The notes below the pieces were generated by a model. It was not told the origin of the DNA. It made no database searches and was given only the letters and a program-made list of their open reading frames with translations. From Amphiscolops sp. MND2022 (taxonomy: Eukaryota), in contig OZ076409.1 of the NCBI GenBank assembly GCA_964187785.1, forward strand, positions 82,462,001 through 82,526,000: a stretch of 64,000 nt of DNA, in the 5' to 3' direction. Shown here piece after piece: positions 40,887-53,812 of the stretch. Position 1 is the first letter of the stretch. Every line of letters starts with the position of its first letter. The position numbers and the translations under genes were made by a program.

Positions 40887-41744
40887 TTCAACCTTCTCTT
40901 TAAAAGAATGGCAACGGGAGCACATCAGTTAAAATTGATTGTTTATGCGTAAGATAAAATGTTTTCAAAACATTTGAAGCCTAGTTTGAGCAGCATAAGG
41001 CTGACCCATTCATCATTTCATTGGAAAAATCAAACTCGTTGCCACCTAGTGAGAGAGGTATTAGTACGAAAGTAAATTACTATGAAATACTATCGACAAT
41101 GAATCCAGAGCTTTAGCATCCAGAAAAATGCATTGGAAAAAGTTCCCTACCCTTTTTCTTTCCGCTCAAAAAATCGCGGGTGTGATGCAGCCTAAATACA
41201 TTTTCACGACTGTCTGCATGCATATATCACTATACAATTCACGAATTGCCACCAAAAATTGATGAAGTTTTATTCAATGCTGAGTTTTTGAAATCTTAAA
41301 TGGCTGGATCCATTTGGATCTTTTTTATTTTCCGACCCACATTTTCAATGGGGGAGGAAAATCATCATCTGTGTTGCATTTTTTTTTCCAAATTCTGCCA
41401 AAACTCCACTTTGTCCTACATACTCCACTTACTCAGTTCCTTCAAGTCTGAGTAGGGAGGCTGAGTAAGTTACTCAGCCTCCCTACTCAGTCTCCCTACT
41501 GAGAGGAGGGAATAATATCTAAAGTAAAAAAGGGAATAAGATCTAAGGGGAATAAGATCTAAAATTTCTTGACGGAATAAGATCTAAAGGGAATGAGATC
41601 TAAAATCACTATCTTTTGGATCTTATTCTCTAGATTCTATTCCCCCTCCCAAAATAGCAAAGGCTCAGTTGGTGAAGGCGAAAAGGGAGGAAAATATCCC
41701 GGTGCTTAGCGGGCGTCTTTCAAATATTTGTAGCTTATGGTTTT

Positions 41745-42149
41745 AACAAGCTGGGAGCGGCCCAAGCGGTCAAAATGATGAAGTATTGGTGAATTGGGGA
41801 CCATTCGTGAAAAAAATTGAAAAAAAGTCTCACAATGCCGAAAAAAACTGAAAGGGGGATCTTTTGCGATTTTTCAACATCCATTCTGTCGGAAAACATC
41901 AAAAAATTGAAGGGGGATCCTTCGGTGAAGTTTTTTTTCGAAAAAAAATCTCACAGAGCCGAAAATACTCTAAGGGAGTATCCTTTGACCCCGTTGAGTT
42001 TGTTAGATTATGTAAAAATACTACTTCGTAAGCTAAGTAAGAATTTGTAAGAAAAGTGGGCCACTCAGAGTGAGATTGTAGGCTGAAAAAAACTACCCAC
42101 TGTAATAGTCGGGCTTTTTTCCTTAAGGGAAAAGGCGCCGACTAAAAAA
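41745..42149 (-). mobile_element. HINE-like repeat copy
   Basis: AACAAGCTGGGAGCGGCCC start; AGTCGGGC...GGCGCCGACTAAAAAA end. Confidence 0.65.
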
Positions 42150-42793
42150 CAGCGATGAAGCGAGGAGCCTAGAAATCGGGCCGCATACGGTTTTGCAGAA
42201 CTGGAACTTTTCTTAATTTCTGTCTACAATAGAAGGCAGTGAACTACCACTAGAAGGCTTTACGAAGTAAGAGAGCTTTTTCCGATTTCTAAGTTTCGAT
42301 GTCGAGTACTCAATTTCGATAGGTTTCGAAATACTATGAAATTGTTTCTGTTGAGGAAGGGGCACATGGAGAAACGTAAGTGCATAAACGAAATGAACAG
42401 TGGGAAAAGCCTTTTTCCCGATAACTGTCAGTTATTTGTTGAAAATGCAGCCAAGTTGCTCTCATATAGCAGAGCATGAATGAGCATTGATGCTTATGGT
42501 TTTTCTCCATGAGCGCTTAATTTAAGGCAAGTATCTTTGAGATGATCCACAAGGAAAATATAAAAGAACAAGGCACACAGTTAACCCTGTGAAAAGTCCC
42601 GCCAACTTGTTTATTAACAGTAGTTAGTTTTAAACGAACGTTGAATTAAAAACCCTCAATCAGAATGCGGAGAGTATATGTCTCTTTGAACTTTTCGCCG
42701 AAAAGAATTGCTTCTAAAATGTTTATATTCGCTGAATATGTCACATTCTACCGTGGTTGTTACACTCAATATATGCCCTGACTTTCGTTTCAG

Positions 42794-43042
42794 CTGCGCT
42801 ATGTGAAGACAGACGGGGGAGCCCCGGTGGTGACCCGAGGCTGCAGCTCCCAGTCCTGCTCGGCCACCGGCAACACGACCCTGACCTGCACGACCTCCTC
42901 CAACGTGGAGACCTGCTACAAGTGTTGCTACTCGGGTGCCAACTGCAACACCTTCAAAGCAATACAGTCCCACGCAGTCGCCCTCAACCCTGTAACCACC
43001 GTGGGTTACATTTCCCTCAGTCTGGTGTATATTTATAAATAG
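42794..43042 (+). CDS. Exon 18, C-terminal half of LU domain plus hydrophobic tail (last exon in model)
   Basis: gtttcag| LRYVKTDGGAPVVTRGCSSQSC...TCYKCCYSGANCN TFKAIQSHAVALNPVTTVGYISLSLVYIYK*; RGC and CC-x5-CN LU signature; an alternative donor at 43001 (GTGGGT) is possible. Confidence 0.82.
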   Translation: MRYVKTDGGAPVVTRGCSSQSCSATGNTTLTCTTSSNVETCYKCCYSGANCNTFKAIQSHAVALNPVTTVGYISLSLVYIYK

Positions 43043-43153
43043 TGAAATTCATGGTATCCCCAGTTGGCACAACAGTCTCACCTTAAGATTATGGTAAGCA
43101 TGTTATGCCAACTGGGAATAACATATAATTATGCTTAACTTAATTCCATGAAA

Positions 43154-43909
43154 CACTAGGGTACCAAAAAGCCAAAAACACTCAATTTTACTGTGGAAAA
43201 AATTCAAATCGCAAAAGAATTTCACGTAATCAATACGCAAAAGTCCCAGGAGCAAAACTTTCTTTTACTTTACTGCAAATAATTACTGAAATCAAACAAA
43301 ATTACAAAAGTTGCAACAGCTCATTTTAGACTTTTGACATTTTCCAAACTTTTTAATGCGATATCTCGACAACCGATGTTCAAAACAAGAAACGTCTGAG
43401 ATTAACTATGTACCTTTGATTCAGATGTCTAAGGGTTGAATTTCACACTTTTTCGAGAACGCCCATTTCAATACACACAATATTATATACAGCAAACTGA
43501 TTCTGAAAATCAAATTTTTCAATTTTTACCCCGAAAATCACCACGGAATTGCAATTGTTGCTAGCTGTTCGTTTTCAAGAATGCATTCACAGAAAAAATT
43601 TGAAATGAAGGTTGTAGAATGTGAAGGGTACAAAAATGATTAGGTAGATTTTTCTTCTGACTGGTAGTGTTTGTGATTTTGCGGAAAAGAGTTCGAAAAC
43701 TTTCAAAAATCATCAAAATTCCATGAGACATTCAGAGTTTTCAATCGATTTCAAAACAAAAAATATTGGTGCAATTTTTGTGAAAATTTGAAATAAAACT
43801 ATGCGTCTGGGACTTTTTTGTCAAATGCATGTCCTAAAAAGGATAAAGATGCGCTTATAAAAATTTCACCTGTGATAGTAAATGCTTTCAACTTTTTGGC
43901 ACCTTAGTG
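43154..43909. mobile_element. CAC...GTG-terminated DNA transposon derivative
   Basis: CACTAGGGTACCAAAAAG / CTTTTTGGCACCTTAGTG; flanks GAAA/GAAT; related end at about 47815-47844. Confidence 0.5.
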
Positions 43910-45681
43910 GAATGGTAAGTGCGTCGTGAAAATCACAACCATTTCTCTGCGTGAATGGTGTGCGAAGCTCATTAAGAGACACGTGTCTTATTATCTTTGA
44001 AAAAAAATAATGATGATAGCAAGGAGTCTTGTTTACTTACCATAACGGTTTCGCTGTTCTGTTTTACACTTTGACTAACCTGCTCTTTCTATACACGTGA
44101 ATTTTTCAGAAGTTTTATTACTCCGATTGGTAAAAATGATAGATCTGATCTGTAGAAAAAAACTGAAAACAAAGGTGTAGCAAATTTGATACCCAACAGA
44201 AAAAACTACAGCATTCGAAGTAATCTTAAGGAAGTTGATTATTCAACAAACAAATGATCTATATATTTAATTAGAGTTAAATATATAGATCCTTTTTTTG
44301 TCGTCAATCGCGTACACTTTTTCATGATCCTTTACCATACAGTTTTTTGCATATTTGGGAAGTTCAAGCTTATTCTAATTAGAAGATTGCTCCTCTTCGC
44401 AGCGTCTTGTCATCTTTTTAAATGTAATAAACAGGATATCAGGACTGACTCTGCTCAAATTACAAGTGATTATGTCTTCGCAAAACTGTACCTGAGTTAC
44501 GTTTTCGATGATCTCAGCATGAACAGCACGGTATCAGGTAACCCGCCGTGGCCATTATTTTAACAAAAACTCATGATTGGCCCTAGAAGAGCATTATAAG
44601 CTAGATTTTCACAATCCTGTCAAGGTGGTAACCCTTCACTTGTAATAACCTACCATAGCCATAGGCATCCGTTTAATTTTTGTCATGAATATCTATGGTT
44701 TTTATATAGCAGTAAAACCCAAATCGATGATCTTTACATTGATAGCGTATGTATTCCATGAATGGATAATTCAAAATTGATCTCATTGTCTGTTGCTTTT
44801 CAATACAAGCTCGCAGCAAACAATTATCTTGGACTGGTATCATAATTAGTCTCTCGCGGAGCTACAATTCATCGAAATAAAAATCACGGTATCAATTCGA
44901 TAATCATCAATATTGCTACAGCTGTGGGAATAAAAGTTTATGAAAGCAATGGAGCGGATACCTATGGATGAAGGTTGTTATAACCAATCAAAGGTTACCA
45001 CAAGGGATAATTTGTCAAAACAGCTTATCACCGTGCCTTATGAAACAAACAATTGCCAGGTACAACTAAAAGGGAAATTTTGTGAAAACAGTCAAACAAT
45101 AGAGAGGTTTCGTGGAAACAATTTTCACAAAAGTTCTCTCTTGATTAATTTCTAACTGATTTCTGATGCTTTCTGATGAATATGATTGAGGAAGTAATCT
45201 GATGAAGTACGTGGAACTACGTAACATTTGTCGTATCAGATGCTCCTGTCCTATCCAAGCATTATCATGTGTATATGCGAAGTCATATTAGTTTGAACAG
45301 TTATTTGTAAATTAATCATCTATAGTAGCTTCTAACAATTTGAATGAACACTCCAACTACAGAAACGGAGAATACTGACAAAATCATATCAAAATATTAT
45401 GCTGAAATTGATCCCAGTTGATAGCTGAGTGCGTGATGATGTAATATGATATTAAACTGGGCATGTCATGTAAAGTTATTGTCGTAATTTCATTTTGGAG
45501 TAGACGATTGCTGGAATTTAAACATTTTGTGAAATGTTGGTTTTATAATAGAGAAACAGATGTGAAACGTTTTGACAAGAATTACACCGCTGTTAAGGCT
45601 AAACAAGGCTAAACAAGTGCATTGCTTTCTGAATGTGCTAAAAAGATGGTTTGCGCAGATTAAAATTCTCGCGAAGACAAG

Positions 45682-46306
45682 AAACAAGCCGGGAACGGTC
45701 AAAGTTGGCGCTATATTTAAGGCTCAAAAACCGCAAAGTTTTCAAATTACGCTCATGATGTCTTTTTAAAAAGAAAAAACTCACAAAAGAGTTTCAAACG
45801 CTTCAGAAGTTTGGATATTTTAATTTCGAACCTCCCGCCTCCTCCTTAGTGAAACGGAATATACTTCGGAAATAACGTCAAAAATACGGATATAGCTCTT
45901 TATTCCGGATATTACGTCTAAAGTACGAATAGTATTGAAAAAATTATTGGTGGATATCTATTGAGAAAACCTAATATCAGATGAAAAATGACAATGTGAA
46001 AAATGTAAAAGGGGGGATCCTTTGGGATTTTCAAACATCTAATATGTTCCAAAATATCAAAAATATGAAGAGGGGCCCCTTTGGTACAATGAAGAAAAAT
46101 TCAAAAAAAGTCTCAGTGCCGAAAAAAACACAAATTAAAAATACCAAGATAAGCAAAGGGAGATCCTCAGTTGTTTTCGAGGTTCTGGATGAGATTCTGA
46201 TGTTTCCGGTATGTTTTGGTTAAGTTGAACAAATTAACAAAAAAGTGGACCATACGCATTTAAAAAAACTACTTACTATTTTCTACTAAAATACACCGAC
46301 TAAAAA
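45682..46306 (-). mobile_element. HINE-like repeat copy
   Basis: AACAAGCCGGGAACGG...GTTGGCGC start, CCGACTAAAAA end. Confidence 0.65.
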
Positions 46307-46699
46307 CACTTTGGACATGAATGCACAGACTGATGATATGGCACATTTGCAAGTTGTCCAAATTAAGTAGAACTTCAAGGGTTTTACGCGAGTGGAAGGT
46401 GACATTGCGAGTTCTTAGTAAAATGACAGATAAATTCGGAGAATATGTATTAGGATTCGTTTCATTAACAGCGTACCTTTTTGAAAAAAAAATACAAATT
46501 GAATTAGAGTAAAAATTGATAGCAGATTCGCCCTTGAAACTTTTCTGACATTGTTCCGCTTTGCACGGAATTGTTTCTCATCAGATAGTGCCACTAGTAT
46601 GAGCTTCACAAGCCGTGTCATCCACTACTAGACTACAAGGATACCAAAAAGATAAATGCGCAAAATCGTATTCATTTTATATGAAAATTCTCAGGAGCA

Positions 46700-47476
46700 A
46701 ATCTCAGAAAATATTCGTCAGAAGAAAAACCTATGATCGTTTTTGTAGCCATAACACCGTACGTTAACATACTGAAAATGCTTTCTTGAAAACAAAACAA
46801 CCAAAAACACATGTAATTTCTTTGAAACAAAAATTTTAGGGAGTAAAAACTGAAGAAAACTGAATACTCCGCCTTCTGTGAGTTTTTTGTGGTGTAAATT
46901 CTGAAGGAGAGCGTGATCATAAGAAGCGATGACGCATAAGTTAGATGTTTGAATTAAAGGTACAATGTGTACAAGATAAAAATGCCCCCATGTCCAAATT
47001 GTCAACGATGCTGTAGAATTTTGCTTCTGACAAACCAAAGGCGAAGAAATCAATTTAAACCTGCGATAATGGAACTTGAAAAACTTTCAAATTCTATATT
47101 TTTCGAGTAGATTTTTTACATACTCAGTTCAATATTTACTTTTTTGTTATGCAATAGACTTTATGTGTTTGATTTTTTTGAAAGCGAATCAACAGAAGGA
47201 AAAACCTAACTATGCATTATCTCAAAAAATATTCGTCAGAAGAAAAACCTCCTACGATTGTTTTTGTAGCCATGAAACCGTACGTTAACATTTTGAAAAT
47301 GCTTCCTTGAAAAATGAACAACTGCAAACACTTGTAATTTCATTGAAACAAAATGTTTACAGAGAAAAAACTGAAGAAAACTGAATGTTTCGCATTCTGC
47401 GATTTTTTGCGGTTTAAATTCTGAACGAGAGCTTGTTCATAAAAAGCGATGAAGCAAAAGTTAGATATCTGAATTA
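46700..47476. repeat. Tandem repeat, period about 520 bp; a third copy is split by the LTR element
   Basis: ATCTCA.AAAATATTCGTCAGAAGAAAAACCT at about 46701 and 47219; the same sequence spans 48855-48892 and resumes at 55968-56250. Confidence 0.8.
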
Positions 47477-47935
47477 CTTTTGTCTCAAACGTACAAAGCT
47501 TGTCTCAAACACTTTTGAATATATATACACGATATATTGCATGATAATTTACCAAAAGTTAAAAACCAGCGAAAACGTCCATTAGCTACTAATATTTGTA
47601 GTTTTTTGAGCTTTTAGAACAACAAATATCACTGCAATTCGCATCACGATACATTTGCCGCAACGAACTAACTAGATCTTGCTAGTTCGATTAACAACCA
47701 ATAAAAACGCGGCGGATCTTTTTTCCTCCGGATCGAAATTCAAGAAATTTTTGTTCCAATAACCCAGGTGCCTTTCGATATGTACCAAGTTATTGCAATT
47801 TGAGATTTGAGATTAAGTGTCTTTAGCTTTTTGGTACTTTAGTGTATTTCTGTATCTTTGCAAAATGAGCAATGTCAATTTGAATCCCGATCATGTCGAG
47901 TTTGATCTGAAACCTCTATATCCGAACTATTGACG

Positions 47936-48611
47936 TTTTTAGTCGGAGCATTTTAGTGGAAAATGTGCCCGAATCTTACAGTGGGTATTTTTTAGAGGTC
48001 CACTTTTTTGTTCATTTGTTCAACAGCTTGAACTGCGGAAGTTCAAAACACTCGAACCTCATGAAAAGGAAAAACAAAACACGTCCAGCACCTCGGAAAC
48101 ACACTAAGGACCCCCATTAGCCTCGCCTTTTTTCGGCACTATGCGACTTTTTTTGAAACTTTTTGAAGTGCACCAAATGGCCCCCATTCATTTGTTTCGA
48201 TATTTTGCAACAATGGATGTCACAATGGATGTCAAAAAATCCCAAAGGGTCCCCCTTTTTACATTTTTCGGCACAGTGACACTGTTCAAAAATCTCATCA
48301 AAAAAATTGTTTTGGGAAATTATTTTAAGTCCCCAAAGAATCCACCTTCATTTTTTTTCTTCTTCTGCAACCAGCTGGAGTTTCATAAAGCCCAAAGGGT
48401 CCCCCTTTCACGTTTTTCGGCACCGTGACACTGTACAAAAATCTCCTTTTAAAACATTATTGGAAAATTTTTTAACGTCCTCAAAGGGTCCTCTCTTCAA
48501 TTTTTCTTCATATTTTGCAACCAGCTGGAGTTTCACAAAGCCCGAAGGGTCCCCCTTTTTACAATTTCGAGCCTTAGACGTAGCGCCGACTTTTGCCGTT
48601 CTCGGCTTGTT
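47936..48611 (+). mobile_element. HINE-like repeat copy
   Basis: TTTTTAGTCGG start, GCGCCGACT...CTTGTT end. Confidence 0.65.
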
Positions 48612-51600
48612 ATTTTTTAATTGAAATGTTTTGGATTTTGTTTCTTCGATTTGTATCTTGGAATTTGAACATTTTGTTTATTAAACAAAACAATTTGAAA
48701 AAAAACATCGATCTCGCACCTATAACGTTTTATCTGAAAGGGTTTACGTCTTGTCAGAAAAAGTGTGGGTCGAAATTTTGCATCTTCTGAGTTTGATCGA
48801 TACATGTACCGTTTTTTGGTGAAATGTGTACAAGATTTGTAAAAGAGTTTTTCGTGGTGTAAATTCTGAAGGAGAGCGTGTTCATAAGAAGCTGTGTTGA
48901 CCCTGAGATGGGTGCAACTCGTACAATGTAGTTGACCTTGATGTCGAGGCTTGATTTTCAGGTTCGTAGAGATCTACTATAGGATTTTCAGATCTAGGTG
49001 GATGGATCTAGGTGGATGACAATGAATCTATTTTTGAAGATAGATTCTCGATCATTTTCAGAATTTCCCTTTGCCCAGTCTCGGCATCTTTTATCCTTCT
49101 ACCAACTGATTTTTCGATTTTCTCAGAGATTTCGGAGAAATCACGATCAGAGATACTGGGTACATTTTCAGTCCTTTGGCTAGCTGCCTCAGGTTCACCT
49201 AGTGAGCGGGATACTGAATCCCTTCTGGCTTTCCTTTTAGAGGATCTTTCGGGCATTTTGGATTTCAAGCTTACAGGTTCAAACAAACTATTCGACAAGG
49301 AATGAAGAAAGGTTGAGATTTTTAATCTTCAATTGAGTTTTTGTAACAAGAGAAACAAAATTGCTTTACAGAAAGCGGTTATTGAATTTTCAGACTTTAT
49401 CAAAATGATTTTCAACTGCAATTATTTAACTTTTCCAAGTATATATACCTTTCACCCACGTGAAGCGGGGAAAAATCCACACCACTTTCACGCTTTATTC
49501 AGCCCGGCGTCCTTCCAAGGCGGAGAAACCGGAAGTTCGGTTCCGCTTTGTCGAACTCACGCTCTCAGTTTGTTCATGCTCTCCGAGGAAAGCACGCGAC
49601 TCCGCTTCCCTTCACATCCAATTCCTGCCTTTTCAGGACGCCGAAGCTGAAGTCAGCAACAAAATGAGCGATGATTCAACATTTCGCTCTTTAAAAGCGG
49701 GAAAGATGAAATTAAAGCAACGACAATTATGGAAATTAGAAATTCCCCAAAACGATTTAATTGATTTAAATATTACTTCAGATAATAGTTATTTCAACGA
49801 AACTGCACTTAGGCTCGTAAAACCACTCATGGGAGCATGAAAACACTGATTAGATATGAAAGGAAAAGGCTCGGTCTCAGGTTGAGGTCCGAGACGGTTA
49901 GGGCAAAATAACTGATTTCCCAAAAATAGCAACGACTAACAATTTTGTGATTTAAATCAACTTGGGGATACGATTCAGGTCATTTTTCAATCCAGTTAAA
50001 TGGGGACTAATTTTAAAAGGGCAGTACAAATCATTAATATTGATTAAATAGCTCAAGTCAAAGATTTAATTCCCAGGCCGGGGTCTAAGCCGTGGTTTAA
50101 TGCATTCAGAGTTAAGTATTGCTACATGAATAAATGGTCACAAATTGCATGTAATCAACCATTAATTCTTACGATACTGCGTATTTGGATTGTGGTCTCA
50201 CTGATGGGACGATGGATAATCGGGAGCACCGATATTTTCACTTTTAGGATGGATTTGGATAAACCTGATTTCAGGCCGGGTCCTGGGCTATAGTTTATTA
50301 CATTTAATAATTAATCTTGGTTTACATGGGTGAATAGCATTACACAACACTCTTGACCGTTATTGAATCGTTTTCCATTGTGGGTGTTTAGTTCTCGGGT
50401 AAAAATCATCAACCATTTTAACAATTTCCATTTCTACAATGGATTTTATAAATTTACATTTCAGGCCACTTCCTGGGCCGCGGTACATTGCTTCCAGTTA
50501 AAACCAATACAACTTGTACATCACTCAGGGAATTACATGTAAATCATCACATTAGTTGTCTTTGTTTGCATCAACACTTTTACATGTAATCATTTAATAG
50601 CGCGTTCACTGCTGCATAGTGTTGAATAGCTCATTCCAATTTCAGGCCGCTTGCCAGGCCGCCGCTTCACTGCGCAAATCTGAGGCCGGTCGCCAGACCG
50701 CGGTTCTGTCATTAATCTTTCAAGCCGTTTGCTGAGCGGTGTGATTCTACTACTATTAATAATATAGCACTGTATTATTATTATTATTATTAACTGCACT
50801 AATAGCTCCGTAATTGTTGATACACTGTGTGTGTATGTATATATTCTTGTATGAAATTATGTAATTATTAGTATTTATACATATATAAACATAATTTTAG
50901 CTCCAAGCTGATTTAAAGTAATAATTTTTAATAGTAATAATTTAGTTGTATGTTAGTTATTTCACTTGCCTTTTCTTCTGTCTCGGTCTAATTCCAATTT
51001 CCTTCTACGTAGAGCGCGCTTATTGTGTGACAGGTTTCACAGCTTAGCTGGGGCTGTGACAGTCCTCGGCTTCGATGCGCTGTCTCATCTGGAAGGAGGA
51101 ATTGGGATATCGACAAGATTGGGGTGCCAAATAAACTGGGTAGGTCGTCGCGCATTGAGTCATAGGATCTCCATGAAGAATCCGAGTCCCAGTCGCTTCC
51201 TGACCAGTACCCTTCTGAGCTGCTGTATGAGCTCACGGGACTGCTGAAGGTAGAGTTAGGGCTGTATCGATCCGCAGGATTGAACTGTTGGATTGGGCTC
51301 ACGAATTCGTCATCTGGGATAACCGGATTATCTGTAGTGAACCTTCGTATTACTCCCTGTTCGTTTTCAACGTTAATTGCATTCACAAGAGGTTGTTCGT
51401 GAACAAGGACTACATGTATATCTTCCGTCTTGATTATTTCGTAAGTAATAGTATGCTGTGCTGTGTTGATGAGATTGTAATTAGGCGGCGGTGTACCGGG
51501 CCTTTGTCCTAGCTGCGCTGGTTGATCTCGGTCGAGAAGAAAAACGTCTTCGTTTGTTTGATCGTTGGAGTGGGAATTATCCATTTTATTTAAGTAGCGA

Positions 51601-53309
51601 ACTGAGTGTCAATTGATTTGGAATACAACTGACTAATCCGCGTCCTGAAAATTTGTTCACGCCATTTGCGTTGAGCTTTTGAATTGTTCAGCTGGCAGAC
51701 TGAACAACTCTCCTTATATAGTAGATAACTTCTAGTATTGAGTTTTCCATTGATTTTACGCCACATCTTCTTTTGTATAGCGATTGTTAATTCAGACTTT
51801 GGAAATGTGTTCCACAGAGGAAGATGATGTCTTGTGTCGTCGAGGTGGAGAGTTATTAGAAAGTGAAGTTGAAGCTGAGTCCGTTGTTGAGTCTGTGGTC
51901 CGTTGGGAGAAGGAAGAGAGTGGCAGTGGAGGTATTGAAGAAGGAGGAGTTGCGAGCGGGGCTGCAGTTTCAAATTTACCTGGTTTTGGTGAGAAAGACT
52001 CCAGTGACAGCGTGGGTGATGATGACATTGAAAGTTGTGCAAAGACGGGCTCTTTCCATTCCGCCACCAGTGAAGATCGTCATGAACTGGATTTCTTGGC
52101 AAACCAGCAAGGTAACCTTTTCTAGGAATTAATAGGTGGCCAGCCTTTCCTAGGTTTCTGTGAACGCGTTCTTTTGACTTCTACTTTTGTAGTGAGTGAC
52201 GCTGGTCATGATGAGGACCATGTCCCTTCGTCGCGGACGAGGTCTCAGCTGAAGAAAAAACGTCGTGCTAGTCGTGTTTTATCGACAGGGAGTGTTCAGC
52301 CAGCTCGTCGAGTGCGTTCAGCTGACATTGTGTCTGGGACTGTGCCCAGGCCTCCGACCCTCCAGGACAGTCATGGGAGAGATTACGCGCCTCCCATCAT
52401 TTCTGCGTCACGAACACTTGAAAGTAGGTATTCTATTTGCCTTCTTGCTATATAGATAGGGGTAGGTGTCCATGGTTGCGGGTGGGTGAAACCTAATCTC
52501 CCTCTCATTAATGGTGTTTGCTGTATTTCCAGTTGCTGATCTCGAGTCCGGGCGGGGATTGGAATCTTCTGCTGCAAGTGACGTCTTTGTGTGTAAGCAG
52601 GCTGTGGATTCGCCTGCTGCAGAGAGTGAGGCCACTTCCTTGTTGCCCGATGCACCTGGACGGCTTTCACGGACTCAGCACGGTCGTGACGCGGTTGGGG
52701 TGGAGCCATCAGTCGTTTACAATGACTGGGAACGGGGTATGTAATTGTTGTTGGTTGTTTCTCTTTATTTGTACCGCATGATTTGCTTGTATTTTCTATT
52801 TATTTTGCTTCTTTGTTGACTGGGCTGATGATCTTGAAGTATATCGGTGTTATGCCCTGTTGTTCTTGTTTAGTGGGCCTGAAGTCTGTTGATCCTGGGT
52901 CACCCATGGTGATTGCCGCTGCCCAGTGCTTGTTGCTTGCCCGGAGTGCTGCACGAGCCGAGCGCACTGAAACTTTAAAGGAAACGAAGACTTTAGCGCG
53001 ACGTGAGTTGTTATTTGTATCCTTCCATCTTTGTGTTTGTCTAACTGGTTGGTTCGATTGTTCTTGATTGTCCTTGTGTTACACTGTTTCTGCTAGTTTG
53101 TTGTGTTTTCTACCGTAGATTTTGCGGAATCCGTATGCTGTGTTGTGTTTAGAGTTTGAGGAGTTGTCGCAGTTGGTAAAGCAGAAAGGGATTGATGCTA
53201 GCGACCCTTGTCGTGTCGTGGATCCCCTAGAAGCCAAAAAGGAGAGGCTGTTGGCTCGAGTTGAGGAGCGGACTAAAAACAAACAGAGCGGCATGTTCTG
53301 ACGAAAGCG

Positions 53310-53678
53310 ATGAATAACCATCCCATTCCGAGGCTATTCGTGAGCCGCAGAAAAGATAAAAGCCCGAATGGTTTTAACTGTGCCATTTGCCAAAAAGATG
53401 TGTCGTTTCTGTCTCGGGGCCCTCGTGGTATTTGGAGGCATTTCAAATGCAAAAGCCATTACCAGAAGGATCGGCGTTACCGATACGATCACGAAGACAT
53501 GATTTTCACGGAGAAGTTTGACGCTGTACCAGTGGCTGACTTGTCAGTTGAGTTGCGGGAAGAAATCGAAGCTACGCCCCCTGTTGTCCTGGGCAAGATG
53601 AACAGATTTATCGAGGACGAAGTGGATGCATTGGTTGGCGTCCCGTCCAATGTTCCTCCAAACCAACCATCGTTCTAA
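53310..53678 (+). pseudogene. Zinc-finger (C2H2/BED-like) ORF fragment inside the LTR element
   Basis: FNCAICQKDVSFLSRGPRGIWRHFKCKSH: CxxC...H-x5-H pattern, similar to DNA-transposase N-terminal fingers. Confidence 0.6.
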
Positions 53679-53812
53679 CAGACAACAAATCAGTCACAAG
53701 AATTTTTCAAACCAAAATGATCCCACCCTCCCTGTGGAACGCCTGTGATTTTGTGCTTCAATTTCACTTCAAAATTGCCCATGTGCCAGGAACGATGAAC
53801 ACGGCGACAGAC
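53660..53812 (+). pseudogene. Gypsy RNase H C-terminal fragment, inverted relative to host element
   Basis: Frame from 53660 reads KPTIVLTDNKSVTRIFQTKMIPPSLWNACDFVLQFHFKIAHVPGTMNTATD, matching the Ty3/Gypsy TD(H/N)K...I.H.PG..N..AD motif. Confidence 0.8.
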
